Source of the DNA: Verrucomicrobia bacterium ADurb.Bin070 | Lineage (GTDB): Bacteria; Verrucomicrobiota; Kiritimatiellia; RFP12; UBA1067 | Length of the DNA: 64,000 nt | Reading direction: 5' to 3' | NCBI GenBank assembly: GCA_002071025.1 | Contig: MWEJ01000001.1 | Location: 2,178 to 66,177 of the forward strand | Shown here: positions 56,567 to 64,000 of the stretch, piece after piece | How positions within the stretch are numbered: the first letter of the stretch is position 1 | Layout: every line of letters starts with the position of its first letter | Made by a program: the position numbers and the translations under genes | Notes under the pieces: model-generated | The model's database searches: none | Told to the model about the DNA's origin: nothing | Seen by the model: only the letters and a program-made list of their open reading frames with translations

Positions 56567-57910
56567 TCAATGGCCGCGTGACGCGGGCGTGAGTCCTATC
56601 TGTCGGCAAACGGTCGCGACGGCGTCGAGGACGGACACCTCGACCGCGTCGGTGAAGGGGCCCGGCTGACCATAATAGATCATGCTGTCATCCGCCTCGT
56701 AACCGCCTTCCTGCAAGACGCGCAGCGACGGGATGTAGCTCTGCACCTCGTTGCAATAACCGGCAACTAGCAAGTTCTCACCGGAATAGTCTCGTTTGAT
56801 ACGCAGCGCATAATCCACAACAACTTCTCCGCTCAAAAAGATGAAAGTCGCTGTCTTTCCAATGCGCAGCGCCTGAACCGGATAGGGGAGGTCGGTTGTG
56901 GGAGATCCCACGTTGTATGCGTAGAGGATACGCTCCGCACGCCGTTGCCGGAATCGATCGTTGCCCGTCAATTCTGCGCGAAAAACATCGAGTCCGACAG
57001 GTCGAAAAGCGAGGTTTGTTTCTGTGAAAGCCGTGCGCAATGCACCTTCGACACTTTTCATTTCTTGGGTCAACACATGCTCAACCGCCTCGGCCAATGC
57101 CTTGCCGTAGGCTGCTGCATGCGCGACGGTGCCGCGCGGCTCCGGCCCTTGGTCGCCGGCGCAGCCCTGCACGAACAGCGCGGCTGCGCCGGGGTGCGCG
57201 CGCTCCAATTCCAGCATGGCAAAGCCGGCATAATCGCCGTTGATCAGCAGGTTATTGCCTTGCAGGGTGGTGCAGTGGCAGGCGTAATTGAAAAGAATCG
57301 CGCGCAGCGTGCCGTCGGGTGCCGAAACGCGCAGGACGGGCACCGTATGATCCACCGGGGCGGCATCGCGCTTGCGGCGGTTGATGGCAAAACCGGCCGT
57401 CCCGAATCCGAGGGAAATTTCTGCCGGAGCGAGCGTGGCAACGGCGTGATCGACAGCCATCATCATACGCTCTGACAGCATACGGTTTTGCGCCACCACA
57501 TGCTGCAGTTCCTGCGGTGTGAAGGCGCAGCACACGCTAAGACTCGGCCACACCACGGGCCCGGAATGCGTGTGCGATGCGTTGAAAAAAATATCCTGTC
57601 GCGCCAGCCCGTGCTTCGCCTTAAGCTCTGCACAAACAGTCGTTGTCAACTCGCGGGTCAATCCAAGCACGTCGGTCGTGATGATCACCGCACGCTGGCC
57701 TTCGCCGTCTTCGATGACCAACGCCTTGGCCCAGATGTGGTGGAGCATGCCGGTCGCGGGGACAGTTCGCGCCGCGTAGCCTGCCAGCCAGACCGGCTGT
57801 GTGTCGGGAGTGATTACGGCGCGTCCGATACCGACTTTCATGCCAGACGCGGCGGCTGCGCCGCACGCGGCGAAGCAGATACAGGCCATGATGAACAGCG
57901 TCCGTTGCAT
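56567..57910 (-). CDS. Exported (possibly lipoprotein) neutral/alkaline-ceramidase-like amidohydrolase
   Basis: N-terminal domain pattern MKVGIGRAVITPDTQPVWLAGYAARTVPATGMLHHIWAKALVIED matches the neutral-ceramidase N-domain. Signal peptide with Cys. Confidence 0.6.
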   Translation of the reverse strand: MQRTLFIMACICFAACGAAAASGMKVGIGRAVITPDTQPVWLAGYAARTVPATGMLHHIWAKALVIEDGEGQRAVIITTDVLGLTRELTTTVCAELKAKHGLARQDIFFNASHTHSGPVVWPSLSVCCAFTPQELQHVVAQNRMLSERMMMAVDHAVATLAPAEISLGFGTAGFAINRRKRDAAPVDHTVPVLRVSAPDGTLRAILFNYACHCTTLQGNNLLINGDYAGFAMLELERAHPGAAALFVQGCAGDQGPEPRGTVAHAAAYGKALAEAVEHVLTQEMKSVEGALRTAFTETNLAFRPVGLDVFRAELTGNDRFRQRRAERILYAYNVGSPTTDLPYPVQALRIGKTATFIFLSGEVVVDYALRIKRDYSGENLLVAGYCNEVQSYIPSLRVLQEGGYEADDSMIYYGQPGPFTDAVEVSVLDAVATVCRQIGLTPASRGH

Positions 57911-57927
57911 CGCGTTTCCTTTCGATG

Positions 57928-59262
57928 TCAGGCGGTTTCAGCGGGGCGACGTTTGATCTGAACCAGATCGGTCCGCGTGTGGCCGTTTTCAGTGACGCGG
58001 GCCAGCGTGTATACCGTGCCGTCGCGAGCGACGGCGATCGAGTTCACGTAGGTGGGCCTGCTTCCGTCCGGGTAAAAAAGCGGGCCGTGGTCGCGGTACG
58101 TGTGAGTCGGGCTGTCATACGTGACCAGATGCAGGTTCTCAACACCTTTGGCCATGCCCATGGCCACCTTGCTCAACCCCTTAACACGCCGGCCATTTTC
58201 GAATACGGGTCCGCCGGTCAGATAGCAGAGCGTCCGCGCGTCAGGTGCGAGCGTGAATCCGAGGTAACCGTAACTGAACTGGTCGTTCATGCCGGAGCGC
58301 TGGGAGGGGAGGGAGGTCAGGCGATCAAGAACCTCGATGGCCGGAGCGCGCGGATCGAAGCGGAACAGGTAGCCCGAATTGCCGTGCACGCCGTAAAACA
58401 CCTTTTCAACGGGATGCCACACGGTTTGCCGCCAGTTGTAGCCCATGCTGCCCGAATCGGAAGGTTCATACCGGCCGAAGTATTCTTTGCGCATGTCTTC
58501 GCCATCAAGTTTCTTTACCCGTTCCGCGTCGGGGCGGTAACAGAAAATGTCGCCCTCGGGATTTGTATAATACGCGTAACCGGATTCTGGATCAATGGCG
58601 ACCGATCGGCAGAGCACGCGGTAGGCCAGCCCTTTGCCGCTTTCACCCTTGCCGGCCGTCGGCCCGAGATTCGTCATTGTGCGTGTGTGGAGATCGTAGC
58701 GGAAGAAATAGCCGACAGGCCAGGTAATGCCGTAAATCACGCCGCGACGGGCGTCCAAGCCCATGGAGAGCACGGCCTCGCGCTCCGGCGCATAACCCAG
58801 ATCATCGAACACGCCGCTTTTCAGGTCATAAGCGAGCACATGTCCGCCCGGGTATGGGGTGTACCCCTCAGGCACCACCGAGGCCAGCCGCTCCATGCCG
58901 TCTACCATGTTGTAGTATCCTGCGTGGGTTGCAAAGAAGAGCTTGCCGTCATATTCGTGAAACCCGACGTGGCTCTTGCCCTGCGGCACAGCCTTGAGGC
59001 CCTTTTCGCCGCAGATCTCGGTCAAGTCGCCCAGGCAGGTGATCGCGTCGGCAGCCGGATCGTAACGAAAGACTCGCCCGCCGTAATCGATCGACGTCGA
59101 GCACAACACGTAATAGACCATGCCGTCGCTGGCGGTCGAAAGTCCGTTATAGGTATCGTGCGCGTCGCGGAAACCGGAGTTGAAGGCCCGCAGTTCATAG
59201 ATCCGCGTCGATGACGGCACCGGTGCCGCACGTCCGTCCGGTGTGAGGAGGGGAGGGGGCAT
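57928..59262 (-). CDS. Hypothetical beta-propeller-like protein (Tyr/Gly-rich repeats); no signal peptide
   Basis: Repetitive YY/GY blocks. Start refined to MPPPLLTPDG at 59262, with a GGAGAG ribosome-binding site. Lies 22 nt downstream of the aminotransferase gene. Confidence 0.4.
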   Translation of the reverse strand: MPPPLLTPDGRAAPVPSSTRIYELRAFNSGFRDAHDTYNGLSTASDGMVYYVLCSTSIDYGGRVFRYDPAADAITCLGDLTEICGEKGLKAVPQGKSHVGFHEYDGKLFFATHAGYYNMVDGMERLASVVPEGYTPYPGGHVLAYDLKSGVFDDLGYAPEREAVLSMGLDARRGVIYGITWPVGYFFRYDLHTRTMTNLGPTAGKGESGKGLAYRVLCRSVAIDPESGYAYYTNPEGDIFCYRPDAERVKKLDGEDMRKEYFGRYEPSDSGSMGYNWRQTVWHPVEKVFYGVHGNSGYLFRFDPRAPAIEVLDRLTSLPSQRSGMNDQFSYGYLGFTLAPDARTLCYLTGGPVFENGRRVKGLSKVAMGMAKGVENLHLVTYDSPTHTYRDHGPLFYPDGSRPTYVNSIAVARDGTVYTLARVTENGHTRTDLVQIKRRPAETA

Positions 59263-59284
59263 ACGAGGCTCTCCAGTAGTCCGG

Positions 59285-60655
59285 TCAGCCCTTCGCGGAC
59301 AGTTTGTCTGCGTGGGCGTGGATTTTTTCAATGGCGTTAGCGATGTCATCCATGGCGCTGCGTTCAGCCAGCAGCAGGTTCTGAGGCAGCCAGACCATCT
59401 CACGGCAAAGGCAATCGTTTTCCGGGCACCGGGTGCGGGCCAACCACGCCGCGTAATTCAACTCCTCTGCGGCATACATGCGGCGGAAATTTTTTGTTTG
59501 GAAAGCGTGCTGAACGAACGGCATGGTGTTCAACGGTGTATAGCCGGATGAGCACGGCACGCCCTCCGCGTGCAACGCATTGAGAAACGCCGACCGCGTC
59601 AGCCCGTGGAAAGCCGCAGCGTCAAAGCGAAAAGGGAAGAGATGAAAGGCGGCGCGCGTCACGCCAGGAGAAAACACGTAAGGCGTGATTCCGGGGATCC
59701 CGCGTATTCGCTGCTTCAGGTATTCGGCGTTTTCGTGTCGCAGGGCACTCTCGAGCGGCAGACGTTTCAACTGAGCCAGGCCGATCGCCGCCTGATATTC
59801 CGTGATCCGCAACTTGGTGCCCAGCATCGGTGTGCCGGCACCCACCGTGCCCACGGCCGTGCCATAGGCATTCCCGTAGTTGTGGTATGAGAAACAGCGG
59901 TCCATGAACGCATCGTCATCGCTGACGATCGCGCCGCCCTCGCCGATGGCCATGTTTTTGGAGTTCTGGAAACTGTAGCAGCCGGCATGGCCAAAGGTGC
60001 CGCATTTTTTTCCATGTATTTCGGCCATCCAAGCCTGGCAGGCATCCTCCACGACCAGCAGGTTGTGTTTGCGCGCGAGGTCCATGATCGCCGTCATGTC
60101 TGCGGGCAGGCCAAGAATATGCACGGGCAGGATGGCCCGTGTCCGCGGCGTGATCGCGGCTTCGATTTTTCCGGGGTCGAGCTGATAGGTGGCAGGGTCG
60201 ATGTCACAGAAAATCGGGATTGCGCCGTTCATCAGGATGGACTGCGGCGTGGCGATAAAGGTATAGGGCGGCAGAATCACCTCGTCGCCGGCTCCGATAT
60301 TAAGCTGAGCCAGCGCGGTGATCAGCGCTTGCGTTCCGTTGACCACGGCAAGGCAGCGCTTGGCGCCCATGGCCGCGGCCCACTGCTTTTCAAACGCATT
60401 GACCGTGCCCGCGCGCGACCACACGCCGCTGCGCACGACCGACATCAAGCTCTGCTCATCCGTCTCAGATATCCAGCGAGGCCAGCGAGGCCAGCCGGCG
60501 TCATGTGCCTTGCTGCCGCCCAGCCGTGCCGGCATCCTCGCAACACCGGCAACGCTGGCACACGCCGCTGCGGGCCACTGCGTCATCGCAGCCGCAGCGG
60601 CGGCTTTCATGAATGTCCGGCGTCCGACGGGAACTCCAGCGGTGGCCTTTTTCAT
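59285..60655 (-). CDS. DegT/DnrJ/EryC1/StrS-family PLP-dependent sugar aminotransferase with an N-terminal twin-arginine (Tat) signal
   Basis: Tat motif GRRTFMKAAAAAAM; aminotransferase core GAGDEVILPPYTFIATPQ...; PLP-Lys region YSFQNSKNM. Strong AGGAGGAGAG ribosome-binding site. Start refined to the ATG at 60655. Confidence 0.75.
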   Translation of the reverse strand: MKKATAGVPVGRRTFMKAAAAAAMTQWPAAACASVAGVARMPARLGGSKAHDAGWPRWPRWISETDEQSLMSVVRSGVWSRAGTVNAFEKQWAAAMGAKRCLAVVNGTQALITALAQLNIGAGDEVILPPYTFIATPQSILMNGAIPIFCDIDPATYQLDPGKIEAAITPRTRAILPVHILGLPADMTAIMDLARKHNLLVVEDACQAWMAEIHGKKCGTFGHAGCYSFQNSKNMAIGEGGAIVSDDDAFMDRCFSYHNYGNAYGTAVGTVGAGTPMLGTKLRITEYQAAIGLAQLKRLPLESALRHENAEYLKQRIRGIPGITPYVFSPGVTRAAFHLFPFRFDAAAFHGLTRSAFLNALHAEGVPCSSGYTPLNTMPFVQHAFQTKNFRRMYAAEELNYAAWLARTRCPENDCLCREMVWLPQNLLLAERSAMDDIANAIEKIHAHADKLSAKG

Positions 60656-60728
60656 GACTCTCCTCCTGTTGCGTGTTGGCGACGCGGCGCATGTCGGGCT
60701 GGCCCGGGTGCCGGACGGACCCCCCGCA

Positions 60729-61616
60729 TCACTTCGCGCAGGGCGTGTCGTCAGCTTTGAGGTCGCCGAGCGTATACTGCAGGCCGTCCAGAATGTGCCA
60801 CAGCGTCGCTTTATTGAGAAACGCGCGTTTGTCGTGCGCGAAGGATGTGTAGAACACACGTCCGGCACCGTACGGGCGGATCCAGCTCACCGCGTAGTCG
60901 CGGTCAGCGCGCTTCATGCCTTTTGCGGCTGCGGTTTTTGTGTCAGACAGGTCAAGAGAAACCAACACACGCAGTTTGGCGCGGTCGTAAAAGGGGGACT
61001 TTTGCTGGTAGATCTCGTCGCCGAAACGGAACCCTTGGCCGCCGAAGGCGCGGTTGAGCGGGTGGGCCGGTTCATCCAGTTTGAAAGCCCACGTTCCGCC
61101 TGCGGTCCACGGGTGGCCGTCGAATTGCCCGCCGACCATTTCGGCGGCCACAGGGCTGTCATAAAAATTGTCGGCCCCCGCGTGAATCACGCAAAGCCCG
61201 CGCCCGCTTGTCACAAACTCGATCAGGTTCGGCACGAGCGCGGGATTGTCTTTGGCCTTGAGGTGCGTGGTGTTGTTCAGCACGACCGCGTCATACGAGA
61301 ATAGATTCTCCTTGTCGGTCAACGCGGCGTAATCAATCGTGAAGGTCGCTGAGAAAGCATCGGTGCGCGCCGCGATTTCAAGCGCCTTGATGCCGTAGAC
61401 AATGCCTTCGCCATGCACGAACCCTTCGCACCGGCTGAAGACCAGCACCTTGCGCGGTTTGACTGGCTTGGCGGTCAGTCCGGTGCCGATCAAACCCTCA
61501 AGTTGAGCGACACCGTCAGCAGGGACAACGGGGAGCGGTTTAGGGAGCGCGGTCTGCGAAAAAATGTGACCGGTGGCCAAGATCGTTAGGAGCGTGATCA
61601 TCATGCCTGTTTTCAT
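60729..61616 (-). CDS. Exported ThuA-like protein (trehalose-utilisation / class-I glutamine-amidotransferase-like fold)
   Basis: KVLVFSRCEGFVHG, YDAVVLNNTTH, GRGLCVIHAGADN and HPLNRAFGGQGF blocks match ThuA. Signal peptide. Start overlaps the RND gene stop (ATGA). Confidence 0.8.
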   Translation of the reverse strand: MKTGMMITLLTILATGHIFSQTALPKPLPVVPADGVAQLEGLIGTGLTAKPVKPRKVLVFSRCEGFVHGEGIVYGIKALEIAARTDAFSATFTIDYAALTDKENLFSYDAVVLNNTTHLKAKDNPALVPNLIEFVTSGRGLCVIHAGADNFYDSPVAAEMVGGQFDGHPWTAGGTWAFKLDEPAHPLNRAFGGQGFRFGDEIYQQKSPFYDRAKLRVLVSLDLSDTKTAAAKGMKRADRDYAVSWIRPYGAGRVFYTSFAHDKRAFLNKATLWHILDGLQYTLGDLKADDTPCAK

Positions 61617-64000
61617 ACGTGGTCCTTTCTTTCGGATAACAAACTCAGGTCTGGCGGCAAAAGCCGCGACTGTTTTTTACGGACATTGCGGCTTAAGAGG
61701 CTGTAGAGCACCGGCACCAAGATCAGCGTCACGACCGTCGAGAAAGAGAGCCCACCGATCACGGTCACGCCCATGGGTTTCCACGTCTCCGAGCCCTCGC
61801 CGCCCGCCATCGCAAGAGGCATCATACCAAAAATTGTCGTGAGCGTGGTAATCAATACCGGGCGTAAGCGCTGGCGCCCGCTGTGGCGGATCGCGTCGAT
61901 CATGCTTTCTCCACGCGCGCGCAGCGTGTTGATGTAGTCGACCAGCACAATACCGTTGTTCACGCCGGTGCCGACAAGCAGGATGATGCCGATAAAGCTG
62001 AACATGTTAAAGGTCATGCCAAAAGTGTAAAGGCCGAACAGAACACCCGAAAAAGCAAACGGCAACGCGAGAAAGATGACGAAAGGATCAATCAGTGATT
62101 CGAATTGTCCGGCCATGACCATGTAGACGAGCACAAGCCCCAGAACCGTCAAGCCGATGAGGTCAGCAAACGCTTCGGCCTGCTCTTTAACCATGCCGCC
62201 GTACGTGATGTGCGTGGCATCCGGCAGGACGATCTCTTCGGCGATGCCCGCCTGGATGCTGGATACCACATCGCCGATGGATCGGCCGAAATAGTCAACC
62301 TCGACCTTGACCATACGCTCCTGATCTTTACGTTCGATGTCCAACGGTCCGAGATCCTGGATCACTTCGGCAATTGCGTCGACCCGCACCCGCCTGCCAT
62401 TGGGCAACACGATTTCAGAATCCATGATGTCGGCCAGTTCGCTGCGGCGCGATTCTTTCAGACGCATGAAGATCCAGTACTCATTTTCGCCTTCACGGAA
62501 ATCGGAGGCCTCTTTTCCGTAAAAGAGGGTGCGGATCGTTTCCACCACATCGGACACATTGAGTCCGAGCGTGGCGATTTTCAAACGGTCGACCTGGACC
62601 AGCAGTTCCGGCTTGCCATCGTCCATGCTGACGCTCGCGTCACGCGCGCCCGGCGTTCGGTCACACAACGCCTTGATCTCTTCGGCGACACGGCGCGTCT
62701 TTTCGAGATCATGACCCAGAACCTCGATCACGATGGGTTGGCCGCTGCCGCTGAAGCGGCCCATCTGGCGATTGACGGTGCTCATGCTGGTCTTCACAAA
62801 CTCAGGCCGCGCGCGCAACGTGTCGAGCAAACGCCGTCCGGCTTCGCGTGCTGTAAACGAGCGCCGGTCCATCGGAATCAGCTTGAATTCGACGCGCCCG
62901 ATATGCGAGCCCTGACGCCCGGAACCGAATTTGGAATCACCGCAGCGCCAGCGGGAGTTGAGCACATGCTCGGCTCCGATCAGCGCGACGCCGAGCTGTC
63001 GCGCATCTTCACAGATGCGCGCCGTTTCTTCGACGCGTGTCCCAAGCCCGAGTTCAAAATTGACGGTCAGATCGCCAGAGTCGGTGTCGGGTGAGAACTC
63101 CGAACCGATCAGGGGGAAGAGCGCCAGCGAGAAACAGAAAACGGCGAACGCCGTCATACAGACCAATCCGCGCCACCTCAGGGCCCAGCCGAGCAGACGG
63201 GAATAGGCCTCTTCGACGCCATTAAACGCAGACTCGCTCACACGGTAAAGCGCGCGCCCTATCGGACCGCCGCCGATGACGTCGCGATCTTCCTTTAAGA
63301 AGAAAGAGGCGAGCATGGGTGTCAGCATGAGCGAGCAGAACAGGCTGGCCAGCAGCGTGGTGGTGATGATGCCGCCAAGCTGTCCAAAAAAGATCCCCGA
63401 CATGCCTGACACAAAGATCAGCGGAACAAAGACCGCCACCGTGGTCAGGGTGCTGGCCGAAAGGGCGAGTCCGACCTCACCGGTGGCGTAGAGGGCCGCC
63501 TCGCGCAGTTTAACCCCGCGGCGCGTATAACTGTCGATGTTCTCAAGCACGACGACCGCATTGTCAACCACCATGCCGATCGCCACCGAGAGCGAGGAAA
63601 GCGAAATGATATTAATGGTCCAACCGCGGATGAACATGAAGAAAAACGCGATGATCAGCGAGAACGGGATGGTCAGCACGATGACCAGCGACGCGCGGAT
63701 CGTCCGCAGAAAAACGAAGGTCGTCAGCGTCACAAAAAGACCGCCCCACATCAACGTCTCGGTGACGTTGCGCAGCGATTGGCGGATGAAATCGCTGGCG
63801 TTCATCAGGTTGACGACGCGGATGTCCTGCGGCATGAACGGCGCATACTCTTCAACGGCCGCGAGCACGGACTTGCAGACGGCGAGGGTGTTGGCCCCGG
63901 AGCGCTTCTGCACGACGAAAATTACGCTTTGTTCACCGTTGGCCCCCGACAGGCGCGTCGATTCCTCAAAGCCGTCGTAGACATCGGCGACATCCCGCAG
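61613..64000 (-). CDS. RND-family efflux transporter permease subunit (AcrB/HAE1-like), C-terminal ~795 aa; 5' end beyond the window
   Basis: TM blocks typical of the RND pump family. The reading frame continues open past position 64000 when translated manually. Confidence 0.85.
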   Translation of the reverse strand: MRDVADVYDGFEESTRLSGANGEQSVIFVVQKRSGANTLAVCKSVLAAVEEYAPFMPQDIRVVNLMNASDFIRQSLRNVTETLMWGGLFVTLTTFVFLRTIRASLVIVLTIPFSLIIAFFFMFIRGWTINIISLSSLSVAIGMVVDNAVVVLENIDSYTRRGVKLREAALYATGEVGLALSASTLTTVAVFVPLIFVSGMSGIFFGQLGGIITTTLLASLFCSLMLTPMLASFFLKEDRDVIGGGPIGRALYRVSESAFNGVEEAYSRLLGWALRWRGLVCMTAFAVFCFSLALFPLIGSEFSPDTDSGDLTVNFELGLGTRVEETARICEDARQLGVALIGAEHVLNSRWRCGDSKFGSGRQGSHIGRVEFKLIPMDRRSFTAREAGRRLLDTLRARPEFVKTSMSTVNRQMGRFSGSGQPIVIEVLGHDLEKTRRVAEEIKALCDRTPGARDASVSMDDGKPELLVQVDRLKIATLGLNVSDVVETIRTLFYGKEASDFREGENEYWIFMRLKESRRSELADIMDSEIVLPNGRRVRVDAIAEVIQDLGPLDIERKDQERMVKVEVDYFGRSIGDVVSSIQAGIAEEIVLPDATHITYGGMVKEQAEAFADLIGLTVLGLVLVYMVMAGQFESLIDPFVIFLALPFAFSGVLFGLYTFGMTFNMFSFIGIILLVGTGVNNGIVLVDYINTLRARGESMIDAIRHSGRQRLRPVLITTLTTIFGMMPLAMAGGEGSETWKPMGVTVIGGLSFSTVVTLILVPVLYSLLSRNVRKKQSRLLPPDLSLLSERKDHV

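Noticed and set aside
1-64000. Scan for CRISPR arrays, rRNA/tRNA genes, integrases, intact IS elements, toxin-antitoxin pairs and restriction-modification genes
   Set aside because: No direct-repeat/spacer arrays, no cloverleaf candidates in intergenic regions, and no recombinase or transposase ORFs were seen. Only degenerate remnants (1413-1692 and 28110-28200) were found.

Overview
High-GC (~65%) bacterial chromosomal window. Almost all of it is coding, and it is a mix of conserved housekeeping genes and polysaccharide-degradation genes. The high GC, several exported glycoside hydrolases, a ThuA-like protein, a Tat-signal DegT-type aminotransferase, a fused MFS/spermidine-synthase-like protein, a DUF4838-like protein and a short SUMF1 (formylglycine-generating-enzyme) remnant together suggest a polysaccharide-degrading member of the PVC superphylum (Verrucomicrobiota / Kiritimatiellota / Lentisphaerota). 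This is inference only.

Housekeeping backbone, all with clear motifs: ric (iron-sulfur repair di-iron protein), a sensor kinase / OmpR-type regulator pair, corA, adhE, rny-ymdB-xseA-xseB, an MBL/beta-CASP RNase, nusA-infB-rbfA-truB-ribF (no rimP upstream), mrdA-rodA, htpG, dnaE, rnc, leuA, thiamine pyrophosphokinase, feoB-feoA, zwf and a partial RND efflux pump.

Accessory content:
- a GH78 alpha-L-rhamnosidase carrying an inserted lectin-like domain;
- a divergent block of a secreted alpha-acetolactate decarboxylase and three exported glycoside hydrolases (GH78-like, GH55-like tandem beta-helix, GH16 laminarinase);
- a large exported LamG + GH42-fold protein;
- a minus-strand cluster translationally coupled to the RND pump that encodes exported ThuA-like, Tat-exported DegT/NtdA-like PLP aminotransferase, a beta-propeller protein and a ceramidase-like amidohydrolase.

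Non-coding signals worth noting:
- a candidate leucine-type attenuator (rare-codon Leu leader peptide, antiterminator and terminator) upstream of leuA;
- a perfect 34-bp palindrome between ribF and rodA, next to a SUMF1 C-terminal remnant;
- a frameshifted IS-like remnant and tandem TTAACAYGTT boxes near the window start;
- a hairpin-plus-T-run element in the nusA leader.

No rRNA, tRNA, CRISPR array or intact mobile element was found. I see no clear defence or mobile system. The best candidates for something undescribed are the Tat-aminotransferase / ThuA / ceramidase / RND cluster and the leuA attenuator.

CDS coordinates follow the supplied ORF track, with internal start refinements. Coordinates of non-coding features are read from the printed sequence and may be off by 1-2 nt.
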